Assembly: GCF_000143415.4 (NCBI RefSeq)
Contig: NW_003314266.1
Location: 2,746,414 to 2,810,413, forward strand
Source of the DNA: Selaginella moellendorffii
Lineage: Eukaryota; Plantae; Lycopodiophyta
Length of the DNA: 64,000 nt
Direction: 5' to 3'
Positions 1-11,694 of the stretch are shown one piece after another. Within the stretch, counting starts at the first letter, position 1. Each line of letters begins with the position of its first letter. The notes beneath the pieces were generated by a model. It did no database searches. It was not told where the DNA came from and saw only the letters and a list, made by a program, of their open reading frames with translations. Position numbers and translations under genes: made by a program.

Positions 1-1511
1 GAGCACTCACGTCCGGCTGAGAAAGTGTTCTTCAAGACCAAAAAAAAAAAAAAGACAAAGAACATATACCTTTATAATGTCGGGACTGATAATGTTCGGT
101 CCTCTGGAAGAGAAGTCTCCAGCCACCGGTGCGGGCTTTATAGGAAACCGTGTCGAGTTTCTGGGAAAACAAAGTATCAGTCACGTAACCAACGTAGAAA
201 TATAGACTCACGGCGTGATCTCTCGATCGATGGAGCTGGCACCAACAGTAAGTATCCAAGGAGCTATGTTGGTCACTGTTCCTTTGATCGGCCCAGAGTT
301 TCCACAAGCACACGAGACTAAGATGCCTTTCTCCAATGCATGGAAGGCACCAATCGCGATAATGTCGACGTTATACGGCAGAGGTACGTCGCCAAGCGAG
401 AGCGATATCACGTCTACTCCATCGTGAATTGCGTCGTCTAGAGCCGCTACAATGTCGATATCGTAGCACTGGAAAGTCCAGCACACCTTGTACGCAGAGA
501 TCCTGGCACTGCGAAGACCACCTCTAGCAGTTCCTGAAGCTAGTCCTTCCATGCTCGCGTTGGCCACTGCCATACCAGCCCCAATGGAAGCTGTGCCCGT
601 TCCATGGCCATCAAAGTCTCTAGGATTGCTGTATGCCACCGAAGCGTTTGGGGACAGGCCGGCTCTGTAGTATTTCGCACCTATGACTTTCCTGGCGATA
701 TGATACACACAAAATTCAGAAAAAGAAAGCGATGGAGTGGAGTGCGCGCAAAATGCCTCGTACCTGTTACAGTGTACTACCACTGAAGCGTTCGTTTTCG
801 GATCATTGACGCAAGAGCCCTTCCATTTCGCCGGAACTGGTTTCATTCCATCGTCACGGAAGCTTTCGGATTCAGGCCATATACCTGTGCACTGTGTAAG
901 AGTGTGATCCAGCAAATTTCTTCATACCTGTGTCAAGGACTCCAATTATTACATCACTGGAGTCCTCATCCAGAATTCTATGCTCGGACAACAGACTTGC
1001 TGCTTTTGACTCTGCGTCAATCGGAAGGCCCAAGAAATCCCACGAGCGAGTTGTAAAGAGCCGACGAACTCTGTTGGGATGAACACTGAGAACTTCCGGC
1101 ATTCCTACAGAACAGGAAAGAAACTGTTACGTAAGAGAGTACTAATGTTGCCAGCACGTACTGGATAGCTTATCAGCTTGTTCTTTTGTAAGTCTAGCTG
1201 AGAATCCGCTAAATACATACTTGTAACTATAGATCATCGCTGCCGAGGCCACCTCCATGCTAGAGACCAGAAAAGTAAAAAATCTTGGATCAGACTGCTA
1301 CTATCAAACCTTCCGGTTGCTTTCACGAGAAGATCATAGTGAGTTGTGGTCAGTGTGTCGGCAGATATCCCCTTTTTACCTCCAAGGTACACAATATACG
1401 GCTGCAAGACGTTTAATAATCAAAAGAAAGTAACAAGAAGCAAACCTTCAACGAGCTGGAAACATCTCCTTTGCAGCAACACACAAAGAACACAAATAAG
1501 AAGAGCCGCAT
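1..1511 (-). CDS. Subtilisin-like serine protease (S8, signal peptide + I9 prodomain); multi-exon, 3' part runs off the window
   Basis: ATG at 1511 (MRLFLFVFFVCCCKG, signal-like). Later exons give YIVYLG, TTRSWDFLG, IIGVLDTGIWPESESF (catalytic Asp), DGHGTGTAS (catalytic His), YKVCW and APWILTVGASSIDR. Introns are short GT-AG. Confidence 0.93.
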
Positions 1512-1719
1512 TTTCGACTTTGTTCCACAAGCCCTCGAAGCAAGTGTATCGATTTGAATAAATCGACATTGACGGTGCGTCCTCACTGCAAGCAACAAAA
1601 GTGAACTGTAGTATAGAGGATGCTCCTACAATATCCAAAAGCCTTGCACCAGATAAACAGTGTTAATGTTTCATAAAAGGTACCTTAGACGACAGGAGGG
1701 ATAAGCTATTGCGACGTCT

Positions 1720-2400
1720 CACCGAGGTTGAAGGATGGGAATGAAAATACCAAGCACCTAGAAAACCATCAGCGTCGTGAAAGAGCTCTACAGAACGAAC
1801 GTACCGGGATGAGTAAGAATCTCACCCATCAAGCAGTGCCCAGGAGGATCCAAGAGATTAAACGTCGAAGCCAGTGACGAGTTGGAGTTCCCAAGCCCAC
1901 GTCGGACCACGAAAAAGTCGAAACCATGGAGGTGCATGGGGTGAGATTCCGCTATCACAAGGCTGGTCCCTTGAGGAATAACCTGCATCCTCGTTCTATA
2001 CTACCCCGGACAGCGTTGAGACTGGCAGGAGGAGTGTAGTCGAAGACAGGAGTCGGGTGGACGTAGCTTATGTTCATGGATGCTCCGGCCCGCCCCTCAG
2101 ACCACTGGCAGCTTTCCTCTGGTGCGTCCGGAGGACAGCAGAGGACGTTCGTTATCAACACCTCATTTGTCGATTTCCGTAGAAACTTCTCCCGAGGCCC
2201 TGCACTTTGTCCTCAAACTCTGTCGCAAAAGCTACCTCGAAGTGGCCAGGAAGATCTGGTAAACTTGTCTCCGATGAGGCACCAACTTCGAGTATTGCGG
2301 AAGTTGTCGTGGTGTTGATCGATACAAGCGGAGCCACACTATATACTCAGCGGTGATCAGCCTTCTGGCCTGTTGCGATTGGTGTTGAGAGCTTCGACAT
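1720..2400 (-). pseudogene. Laccase/multicopper oxidase pseudogene (3' half)
   Basis: ESHPMHLHGFDFFVV..GLGN..FNLLDPP at 1788-1988. A downstream exon near 1757 reads GAWYFHSH (HCH copper motif with Cys->Ser). Upstream pieces (TTSAILE, VFDYT) lie in different frames. Confidence 0.8.
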
Positions 2401-2469
2401 ACGAGGCATCGATCTCGATCACTTGAAGCGTATGATTTGCTATACCAAAGATCATGGCGGCGTGTACCA

Positions 2470-2600
2470 GGCTTACCGAGAAGGACACCGAAGAGATCCA
2501 CGGCAGGCTCGTCAAAGTGCAGTGTCTTGGCGGCCTTGCACTCGAAAGCTACACCGATATGTTTTCGTGCAGCACGATGTCGTGTCCTGGATAGCAGCCA
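2470..2600 (+). pseudogene. Short PLS-PPR gene fragment
   Basis: aaggacaccgaagagatccacggcaggctcgtcaaagtgcagtgtcttgg...ccttgcactcgaaagcta closely matches 19269-19347 (+) and 14765-14847 (-). Confidence 0.6.
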
Positions 2601-2899
2601 CGAGAGGCAGGAAGTCTTTGACTACTTGCAAAGTCAGGGGGCTCACCTTTGAGCCTACATTGACCGTGGGGCGCCTGGCGCTCGATGCGCTGCTGCTTAT
2701 GATCAACATCTACGCCGCTGCGAGGAAAACAAGAACCCTAAAAAGCGGGAAGGCACTCGGTTGCAGCATTTGCCAGGAATGCATAAATCTCGAAGTTAGC
2801 TACGACTTCTCAATGCAAGTGATCACGCTCCCCGGTTTGACCACTTGACTCTACGGTGCCCAGCGCAGGGGTCTTCTCAGCATAGCAACAACGACTGAT

Positions 2900-3814
2900 G
2901 TTTTCTCAAAAAACTGGATTCCTAAGAGTAGCATATATAAAAAAATGGATGTTAGAATTCCCAAAGATTCTGATAGTGAAATTTTATTCAGAGGTTTACT
3001 TATTTCGTAATATACCAAAGTATGAAGCATGGGTAAAATATCTTAAAATATCTAAACATATTTTAGTAAAAAAAAAATTTAGCCAGATTAAATTTTAGGA
3101 TTAGTGTGATTTAAGTCTAGAAACTTTAGCTTAGTCTAATCAAATAAATGTGAGTTTCTATTAATTGGAGGTTGTTAAATTTTTATTTAACTTTTCAAAA
3201 GTCATTTATAGAAGACCCAAAAATATTTATAACATATAAAACTTGTTTTAAAGTTATAATTTAGAATAAATTTTATAATTAATTAACTTTAAAGATTATT
3301 TATACCAATGATCATAAATGAGAAGTTGAAGAACTTTTATGAGGAAGTTTTATAAATATAAATTTTAAGTAATTAAATTTATATAAAATACTTAATTTTA
3401 ACAAAATATTATTATTTAAACTTTAAATTTAAAGATATCATTTTCCTTTTAAGTATATAAAAATGTATAAATAAAATTTATTAGCTTAGCACCATAGTAG
3501 ATATCATATCAAGTGCTACTCGATATAATATTAAAGTTTAGTGTTCAAATAATAATTTGATTAAATACAATTACCAAAAAATAATAGGGTTTTAAGTAGT
3601 GTCAACATAATATTTTGAAATATCAAATAAAGAAATAAAAAATTAAGATGAATATTCAAGAACTAAAAACTTAGTTTACTTTTTAAAAAGACGGAATAAA
3701 AAATTATTTTGACAAACAAACTAAAATAAATTTTTATGTACTGAATAAGAAATATTAAACTTACATTTAAATCAAATAATATACCGCTATAACTTTATTA
3801 TTTAGAAAATCAAC
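2900..3814. other. Strongly AT-rich non-coding island
   Basis: Abrupt shift to roughly 80% AT by eye, no credible ORF, no terminal repeats recognised. Confidence 0.6.
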
Positions 3815-3880
3815 TTTCGTTGCCGGGAATTGAACCCGGGCCTTTTGGGTGAGAGCCGAATATCCTGACCGACTAACGGA
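3815..3880 (-). pseudogene. tRNA-Glu(CTC) pseudogene
   Basis: Reverse complement is TCCGTTAGTCGGTCAGGATATTCGGCTCTCACCCAAAAGGCCCGGGTTCAATTCCCGGCAACGAAA. It resembles plant tRNA-Glu(CTC) but lacks about 7 nt at the acceptor/D-arm junction and has stem mismatches. Confidence 0.85.
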
Positions 3881-3965
3881 TGTAAACTTAGCTTTTAAAA
3901 GGTAAATCCTGATGTAATCTTATATTAGACTAATCTAAACTTCCAGTTTGACGACCAAGGTTCTG

Positions 3966-5822
3966 CTAATGTTGACTATTTGAGATGAGAACTTGGCATA
4001 CACGAAACTCTTCGTGCTCGTCTCCCATTCTCTCGAGCACAAGAGCAGCCCTGTCCATCTCTCCCAATTCACACAGCTTCTCTATCAGCTTGACAAAGGT
4101 GGCTGGATCCGGCCTCGCTGATTCCACCGCCCGAGTAACTTGGAGCATCACCATGAAGGCGTGCACGATCTGTCCAGCGCTGCAAAGCCCCTGGATCAAA
4201 ACGCTGTAAGTGGTCGAGTCCGGAAGGCTTCCCTCGGCAATCATCTCCTCGAGGACCCTCTCCGCCTCGTCCATCCTGCCGAGCTTGCAAAACCCCTCCA
4301 CAAGGCTGTTGTAAGTCGCGGTGTTTGCTCGGCACCCCTCCTCCGCCATCACCGTGAGAAATCTGGAAGCCAGATCCATCTCTCCGGTTTTGCAAAGCCC
4401 CGCGACGTAGGCATTGCACACCAGGAGATTGGGAGCGTAGCCACACACCACCAGCTGCTCCAGGAACGCTCGAGCTTCCACCATTCTCCCCATCTCTGCA
4501 AACTTCTGGACCATGATGCTGTAAGTCACGAAGTTTGGCTTGCACTTGCTGCGCGCCATCGTTTCCAGGAGCTCGGCGGCGCTGTCCATCTGATCGGTGT
4601 TGCAGAACAGCTCCAGTAGCGCGTTGAAGGTGACGATGGTCGGGCAGAATCCCATCTCCACCATTATGTCCGTCATGCCGAGCGCTTCCTCAGGCCGTGC
4701 CGCCTTGCAGAAGGCGTGGAGGATCAAGTTGAGCGTGAGAATGTTGGGCTCGATGTTCCTGAGAAGCATAGTCTCCATCACCTTGCATGCCTCGTCCGGC
4801 TTCCCGGATTTGCAGAGAAACTCCACCACCGGATTGAAAGTCACGGCTGTCAGAGCAAAACCAGCGCTTTCCATCACTCCCATGAGCTCGAAAGCCTCGT
4901 CGAGCAGGCCAGCTTTGCCGAGGCCCGTGGCCATCGCGTTGTAAGTCACCCGGTTTGGAGCCACGCCTCGCTTGGCCATGGCCTGGAGCTCTTCACGGGC
5001 CTCCTGGATCCTCCCGGAGCTACACAGCGCATCGATGAGCGTGTTGTAGGAGACGCTGTTGGGCTTGCAATCCATCCGGTGGAGATGGCTCTTGGCCTCG
5101 TCCACAAGCCTGGCCTCGGAGAAACCTTTGAGCATGAGGTTGTGGAGAACGACCAAGCTCCCGGGGCTCATCCCTGTATCCTTGAACTCCGCCACAAGCC
5201 TCTTTGCCTCATCAAACTCCCCGGCAAGGCAGTGGCCGTGGACTAGAGTTCCATACGTGAACTCGCTGTGCACGAACTCCCCCAGAGTTTTTCGATCTAG
5301 CATCTCTCTCACTTGGTGGATTTTCCCGGCCTTGACAAGCGCATTGAGCAGGCAATTGTATGCCACCGTGTTGGGCTTGTAGCAAGCTTCTCTGGTCAGC
5401 CACTGGAAGAATGCAAGAGCAGCGTCCGGATCTTTCGTTCTTTGCAAGATCTTGCACACTGCAATGTGGCTGAAATAGAGGCCTTGGAATGTGGCTAAAC
5501 TCCCCACCAGAATTCCTTCCGGAAGCCTCGATTCGAGAAACTTGCAAATCTCTGTCACCGAGTCTTCGTCCACTGCCGCGATGCCGACTGGAGGATCGAG
5601 CTCGCCAGGCTGCCGCTCCTGCGATTTCCTCTTCCTCCTGTATCGAGATTTCTTACCTGGTCCCTGGCTTGATAATATTTGCTCCTCGGCAGCAGTGGCA
5701 CTGGCATTCTTCCGGAAGCTCACATTTTGCTGGACGGCCTGCGCGCTGCAAGAAACCGGAGCCAAAGATGTCGAGGATGAGCTCGCGATCGCCACCGGAA
5801 TGGCGCCGGCTAGCAGCGCCAT
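3966..5822 (-). CDS. P-class PPR protein, probably plastid-targeted, intronless, 618 aa
   Basis: Tandem 35-aa repeats (PNTVAYNCLLNAL, PNSVSYNTLIDALC, TYNSLVEGFCK) after a Ser/Ala-rich N-terminus. Confidence 0.95.
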   Translation of the reverse strand: MALLAGAIPVAIASSSSTSLAPVSCSAQAVQQNVSFRKNASATAAEEQILSSQGPGKKSRYRRKRKSQERQPGELDPPVGIAAVDEDSVTEICKFLESRLPEGILVGSLATFQGLYFSHIAVCKILQRTKDPDAALAFFQWLTREACYKPNTVAYNCLLNALVKAGKIHQVREMLDRKTLGEFVHSEFTYGTLVHGHCLAGEFDEAKRLVAEFKDTGMSPGSLVVLHNLMLKGFSEARLVDEAKSHLHRMDCKPNSVSYNTLIDALCSSGRIQEAREELQAMAKRGVAPNRVTYNAMATGLGKAGLLDEAFELMGVMESAGFALTAVTFNPVVEFLCKSGKPDEACKVMETMLLRNIEPNILTLNLILHAFCKAARPEEALGMTDIMVEMGFCPTIVTFNALLELFCNTDQMDSAAELLETMARSKCKPNFVTYSIMVQKFAEMGRMVEARAFLEQLVVCGYAPNLLVCNAYVAGLCKTGEMDLASRFLTVMAEEGCRANTATYNSLVEGFCKLGRMDEAERVLEEMIAEGSLPDSTTYSVLIQGLCSAGQIVHAFMVMLQVTRAVESARPDPATFVKLIEKLCELGEMDRAALVLERMGDEHEEFRVCQVLISNSQH

Positions 5823-5871
5823 GGCACATTCTTCGCTAGGGTTCTTCCCTGGCTAGGGTTTTTGGGATCGC

Positions 5872-6369
5872 ATGGCGGCATTTGTCTGTTCTTCCCCAAT
5901 CCTGCTCTACAATCCCCCGATTCGTCCACACCAGCGATCCAGCATCGTCACGAGAACACTACGAACCGATGGCGCCAGTAGCAGCAACGGATTCAGCGAG
6001 GATCCACTGAGAAGACGCGGGAGCGGCAATAATCCCATCTCCACTCGTCTCGGGCAGCTGCTGGAAGCGAGAAGGATCGATCTGCTGGAGCGATTCCGGG
6101 AGATCCGACGCAATTTGCCGCTCAAAGTGTTCTTGCTGCTGCTGGGATTCTACTCGGCCAACGCACTGGCCACGGTGCTGGGGCAAACAGGGGACTGGGA
6201 CGTGCTGGTGGCCGCGATCATCGTGGCTGTAACCGAAGGCATTGGATTTCTCATGTATAAGATGCCGCCCGTGACGGAGAAGCTGCGATTCCTGGTGAGA
6301 ATGCTGAATTACTGGAAAGCCGGCCTCTCCTTTGGTCTCTTCGTCGACGCATTCAAGCTTGGAAGCTAA
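5872..6369 (+). CDS. Ycf20-like (DUF565) chloroplast membrane protein
   Basis: [23 protein letters not shown]...[17 protein letters not shown] is the Ycf20 signature; transit-peptide-like N-terminus. Confidence 0.93.
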   Translation: MAAFVCSSPILLYNPPIRPHQRSSIVTRTLRTDGASSSNGFSEDPLRRRGSGNNPISTRLGQLLEARRIDLLERFREIRRNLPLKVFLLLLGFYSANALATVLGQTGDWDVLVAAIIVAVTEGIGFLMYKMPPVTEKLRFLVRMLNYWKAGLSFGLFVDAFKLGS

Positions 6370-6478
6370 GAACCCTAAAAACAGAGGGGTACTTCCTAGG
6401 CCGGTGTGCTAGAGCTTATATTAATAGCAAACTATAAAAATATAGTAACCTTTCCATAGTGATAGTATTTCGATTGCA

Positions 6479-7931
6479 ATGAAGAAGAAAGAGGTGATAT
6501 TTTCTGGGATGATCGTTCTCCTTGTTCTAGCGTATGGAGTTCTTCTTCTGTACGCTGTGACCGTCCATCTCACCGTGAGGCACTACGTGAATTTCAACTC
6601 AAGAACACGATTGCATACGATCAAACAAGATGTGGATCGCGATTTTGGAGCCACCAATCTCACGAACATTGTGTTTGGGATCAGCTCCAACGCCGCGATG
6701 TGGGATTCGCGCAAAGAACTCGTCAGGGCATGGTGGAGGCCGGAGGATCGAATGAGAGGCTTCGTTTGGCTGGACGAAGCAGTGAATTCCACTCTACCGG
6801 ACCAGGACACGCTACCCGAGATCAAAGTTTCCAGTGACACCTCCAAGTTTCGATACACGTACGGAAGATCACCATCGAATGGAAGGCACCACATCCGCAT
6901 AGCGAGGATTGTCTCGGAGATGTTTCGTCTTGGGCTGGGAGACGTTCGCTGGTTCGTCATGGGCGACGATGACACGGTGTTTGTCCCCGGAAACTTGGCC
7001 AAAGTTCTCGCAAAGTACGACCACCGGCAGCCGTACTACATTGGATCAATCTCCGAGAGCCACTTCCAAAACGTGGATGGATTCTCGACAAACATGGCGT
7101 ACGGAGGCGCCGGATTCGCGATAAGCTACGCGCTCGCCGAGGAGCTTGACGAGGTCTTGGACGATTGCCTGGAGAGATACCATGGATTGTATAGCGCGGA
7201 CGCTCGGATCCACGCCTGTGTGGCGGAATTGGGCGTTCCACTCACGGTGGAGCGTGGATTCCACCAGTTTGACGTGCTGGACGACGCCTCTGGATTGCTC
7301 TCCTCGCACCCTTTGACGCCGCTCGTCTCGCTCCACCACATCGAGCTCCTAGATCCATTCTTCCCAAGGATGGGGAGGATCGAGAGCGTCAAGCATCTGA
7401 TCGGGAGCGCGCACGGGGTGGATCCCATGGGCTTGCTCCAGCAATCCTTCTGCTATGATCCCGATCGGAACTGGACGATCAAAGTGTCTTGGGGATTCGT
7501 CGTCCAGATCCACCAGGGAGAGGTTCCAGAGAAGGATTTGGAGCTCCCAGTGAGAACATTCTCTGGGTGGCACCGCGACCGTGATCGCGTGGGGATTGCC
7601 TTCACGACGAGAGAGAACCCGGTGGACCTGTGTGACCGGCCGGTCAACTTTTATTTGACCTGGTCAACGGGGCTCGAAGGCGGGAAGTCAAGCAGTAGCT
7701 ATGCGCGGGAAGAGAGGACACGATGGAAGTGCTTACGCACGGAGAAGGATTTATCCATGGTGAAAACTATACGCGTGGTCAAGGATATAACTCCGGATCC
7801 ATGGCTGCTAGAGGTAAAGTTAACTTTACTTTTTAATCCCGAGTGAAGTTTGGTTTTACCAGGCGCCTAGGAGGCAGCGTTGTACGATACAAAAGCACGG
7901 GGCAACGATGGAGTTGAGAGTAGAGAATTGA
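6479..7931 (+). CDS. DUF604 fringe-like glycosyltransferase, copy 1 (exons 6479-7813, 7863-7931)
   Basis: N-terminal TM anchor, IVFGI, WWRP, VRWFVMGDDDTVF, MAYGGAGFAIS, PLVSLHH; last exon APRRQRC. Confidence 0.93.
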
Positions 7932-8467
7932 TATTTTAGGGCTATGATAGCTGAGGGTTTTAGCGCCATGGATCTTGATAGCGAAGTTTTGCGCGATTGA
8001 TCGCTAGGGAGGGTAAGGCTGTTCTAGAGCACGATCCATTGCTGGTAGGGAGGGGATTTATAGTCGATGGATCGCGCTCTAGAGCCGCGGGGTTTTGGAG
8101 TGATTCGAAGCCGCATTTTGCCGATCGGTACGATATTTTCGAGATGGATCGCGATACAGAATCTCCGTTTTTGTTGTTTTCCAGGAAAAAGGGAAGCTCG
8201 TTTTGGAAACTCCACAAGTAAGTTTCGAACTCTTGCGTAGAGTGTTTTTGCTCGTTTGCTTGCGAGTTTTGGCCAGAGAGTTTCTCTTCTTCTCATCTCC
8301 GAAAGTAGCGCGGCAAAGAGTCCTTTTAAAAGTAGCTGATTTCTCTACGGGCCTCTCTTCCTTGTAGAATGGTTTCTAGCTTCCTGCCCATCCGTGCTGC
8401 CAGGCATTTGGTTCTTCCAGCGATGGCTACAAATCTTTGCCTTTCTTGGTAGAATGTTTCGTGCATC

Positions 8468-9927
8468 ATGGCTGCTAGGCATTTGTTCTTTGCAACGATA
8501 ATTCTTCTTGCTACAAGCTGCGTCCTTGTTCTCTTGGGAACTAACTTCTCTTCACAGAAGCTCTACCGTGGCTATTTCTGCGATCGCCATCTTAGGAGCG
8601 TCAGCAGCAGCAGCAGCAGCAGCACGACCAAAGTGGAGAATATAATGTTTGGGATCGGAGCAGGGTCACAGACTTGGGATCACAGGAAGAACTACGTGAG
8701 GCTTTGGTGGCGACCGAATCAAACGAGAGGGGTGGTCTCGCTGGACAGCGCTGTGCGAGACATGCACGATGGATCGCTACCTCCGCTCCAAGTCGTCAAC
8801 AACAACGAGCTTTCGAGAAACTTCACCTTGACGGACCAGCAGATGAAGGACCAGATTAGAGTCTCGAGGCTTCCTTCGGAGTTGTTCCGGCTCAAGTTTT
8901 TCGGGGTGCATTGGTTCGTTCTTTCAGACGACGACACCTTCTTCGTCGTGGACAATCTCGCCCGGGTTCTCTCCAAGTACGACCACAGTCAGTTTTACTA
9001 CATCGGTGCTTTTTCGGAGAGCCACTACCAGAGTGTTACAGGGTTCTCGACAAACATGGCTTTCGGGGGTGCTGGGATTGCACTGAGCTACTCACTTGTG
9101 GAAGCGCTCGAGAAAATGCAGGACGACTGCATTAGGAGGAACGATCACGTATGGGGTGTCGACGGCAAGCTACAAGCTTGCATGGCAGAACTTGGCGTGC
9201 CACTGACGTTGGACAGAGGATTTCATCAGGTAAATGGCTGGCTGCTCGAGCTCCTTCTCAAAACTTCCGTGCTCTAGCAGATGGACATTCGTGGAGATGC
9301 TATCGGGTTGCTCGACTCTCACCCGACTACTCCGTTGGTTTCATTGCACCACTTGGATACGGTCGATCCTATTTTCCCAGGAATGAATCGGATTCAAGCG
9401 TTGGCTCATCTTTCGCTTGCCATTCGGGCTGATCCTTCTGCCGTCTTACAGCAGTCTTTTTGCTACAACGATGTCTACAACTGGACGCTGAAAGTGTCTT
9501 GGGGATTCGTCGTGCAAGTCAACAGGGGCTATGTATCTCCCAGAGAGCTGGAGTATCCGTCCAGAACTTTTGTGGAGTGGTTTGGCTGTACTGCAGGTTC
9601 TTGCCTTAACTTTAAGACAAGACAGATCGATCGCAGCGATCCCTGCTTGAGCACCGTTTCATTCTTTATGCTCAACGTCAGCCAGGATGGTCTAGACAGC
9701 AACTATTTCAAGAGGACAGGCACAGGCAGCTGCGAAGATAGAGATCCTTTGTCACGCCTCGAGATAATTCGTGTAAGAAAACAACGCAGCCAGTACCGAG
9801 TAAGTGCACTTTTCTCGTGTTTCTGTTTACTTATTTGTCTTTTACTTAGGCCTTAAGAAGACAATGCTGCAGCATTCGCGAGCCTTCTAAGCAAAATGAA
9901 CATGAGCTAGAGATCAAGGATTGTTGA
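8468..9927 (+). CDS. DUF604 glycosyltransferase, copy 2 (exons about 8468-9229, 9281-9799, 9850-9927)
   Basis: WFVLSDDDTFF, GFHQ|MDIRGD splice junction, final exon ALRRQCC...EIKDC*. Confidence 0.92.
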
Positions 9928-10103
9928 AACGTTTTTTATTCCTTAACATGCTAACTTTCATGATCACTTGCGTACGCTTACGAAATGTCACTCTGATGTG
10001 CAGGTGACGTAGTGGTATGTGATTCACACTTATCAGTGTGATCATGTCGAAAACGTGTGATTCTACTCTTAAGGTAACTTTGGGTGAGTTGTTTTGTGGC
10101 TCC

Positions 10104-11529
10104 ATGGATGTAACAAAGCTGTTCTCTTGTGCAGTTGGAATTACAGCTCTTGTAAGCTGTTACACGATTATTACTCAGCATTTGCAGCCACTTCTTCCAA
10201 GGAGTTTAGGGACTGGCAGCTTAGGTGGCGTGACAAGTTTGGAAAACATCGTGTTTGGAATAGGAGCCAGCTCTCGTACTTGGGAACACAGGAAAAGATA
10301 CATAAAGCTTTGGTGGAGACCAAACGAGACGCGAGGTATTGTTTCACTGGACAGACGGGTACCTAACATGAACGACAGCTCTCTACCTCCGGTCAGAGTT
10401 TCGGACAACGCGAAGCTATCAGCAATGTTTAGAGCCAGGGGGAAGCACATGAAGGATCACATTAGGATTACAAGGCTTCCGTCGGAGCTGTTCTGGTTGA
10501 ACTTCTCTCGGGTGCATTGGTTCGTTCTCTCCGACGACGACACCTTCTTTGTGCTCGACAACCTTGTCCAGGTTCTCTCGAGGTATGATCACCGGGAGTT
10601 TTACTACATAGGTGGCTTATCTGAGAGTCATCACCAGAGTGTGCTGGGCTTCTCAACCAGCATGGCGTTCGGGGGAGCAGGAATTGCAATGAGCTACGCG
10701 CTGGTGGAAGCACTAGAGAAAATCCAGGACGATTGCATCAGAAGGAACTATCATGTCTGGGGTGTCGATGGGAAGCTGCAAGCTTGCATGGCAGAGCTCG
10801 GTGTGCCATTGACAATTGAGAAAGGATTCCATCAGGTAAGAAATCCGCTTCATACTTAATGATCAGTTAGCTCATTTATCCTTTCTCCTAGATGGACTTG
10901 CACGGAGATGTTATAAGTTTCTTGGCTTCACATCCCCACTCTCCGCTGGTTAGTCTGCATCACATGGACGGATTCAATCCAATATTTCCCGGGATGAGTC
11001 GAATGGAGGCGCTGGACCATCTCTCCACTGCAATCCAGTCGAATCCATCAGCTGTTCTTCAACAGTCGTTCTGCTACAACCAGGAGTTTCGCTGGAGCCT
11101 CAAAGTCGCGTGGGGGTACGTTGTCCAAGTGAGCAGGGGCTTCATTTCTCCTAGAGACTTGGATCACCCAGTGAAGACTTTCGCCGACTGGCTGGGGTGC
11201 CGCTATCGTCCTTGCTTCAACTTTAGGACCAGGAATCCTTCTGGTGATCCTTGTGGACGTAGCATACGGTTTTTCATAGTTCACGTAAGCAGGGATGGTT
11301 TTTACAGCAGATACCTCAGAGGAAACGGTTCAAGCAAGTGTACTCTAGCAAAGCTCGAGACGATACATATATAGCTGAAACAGACACAGACCCGGGTAAG
11401 CCAGTGTGCCAACTTTGGGAACTGACTTTGTTTTGTGGCCATGCTCTTTAGGCTCCAAGGCGGCAATGTTGCAACATTCTAAATCCACACGAGCAGGAAA
11501 AACATCATTTGGAAATAAAAGATTGTTAG
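10104..11529 (+). CDS. DUF604 glycosyltransferase, copy 3, with a premature TAG at 11372-11374
   Basis: Same exon structure as copy 2 (10104-10835, 10892-11395, 11452-11529). The stop precedes the conserved APRRQCC exon. Confidence 0.85.
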
Positions 11530-11694
11530 CTGAGAGCTCGATGTATTAAAATTGTTTTTGAGTTATTTCGATCCACATCCAGATTCAGGTACACGTTCAT
11601 ATTTTCGTCTCGAGAGCTAAATCAGGTGTCACGATTACAGGATTATTTCACCGTGATGGTATAAATTAATCTTTTGAGGCTGTCTCACGCAGCA

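Noticed and set aside
7960-8300. Short ORFs between DUF604 copies 1 and 2
   Set aside because: No recognisable motifs or splice structure; probably promoter or leader sequence.
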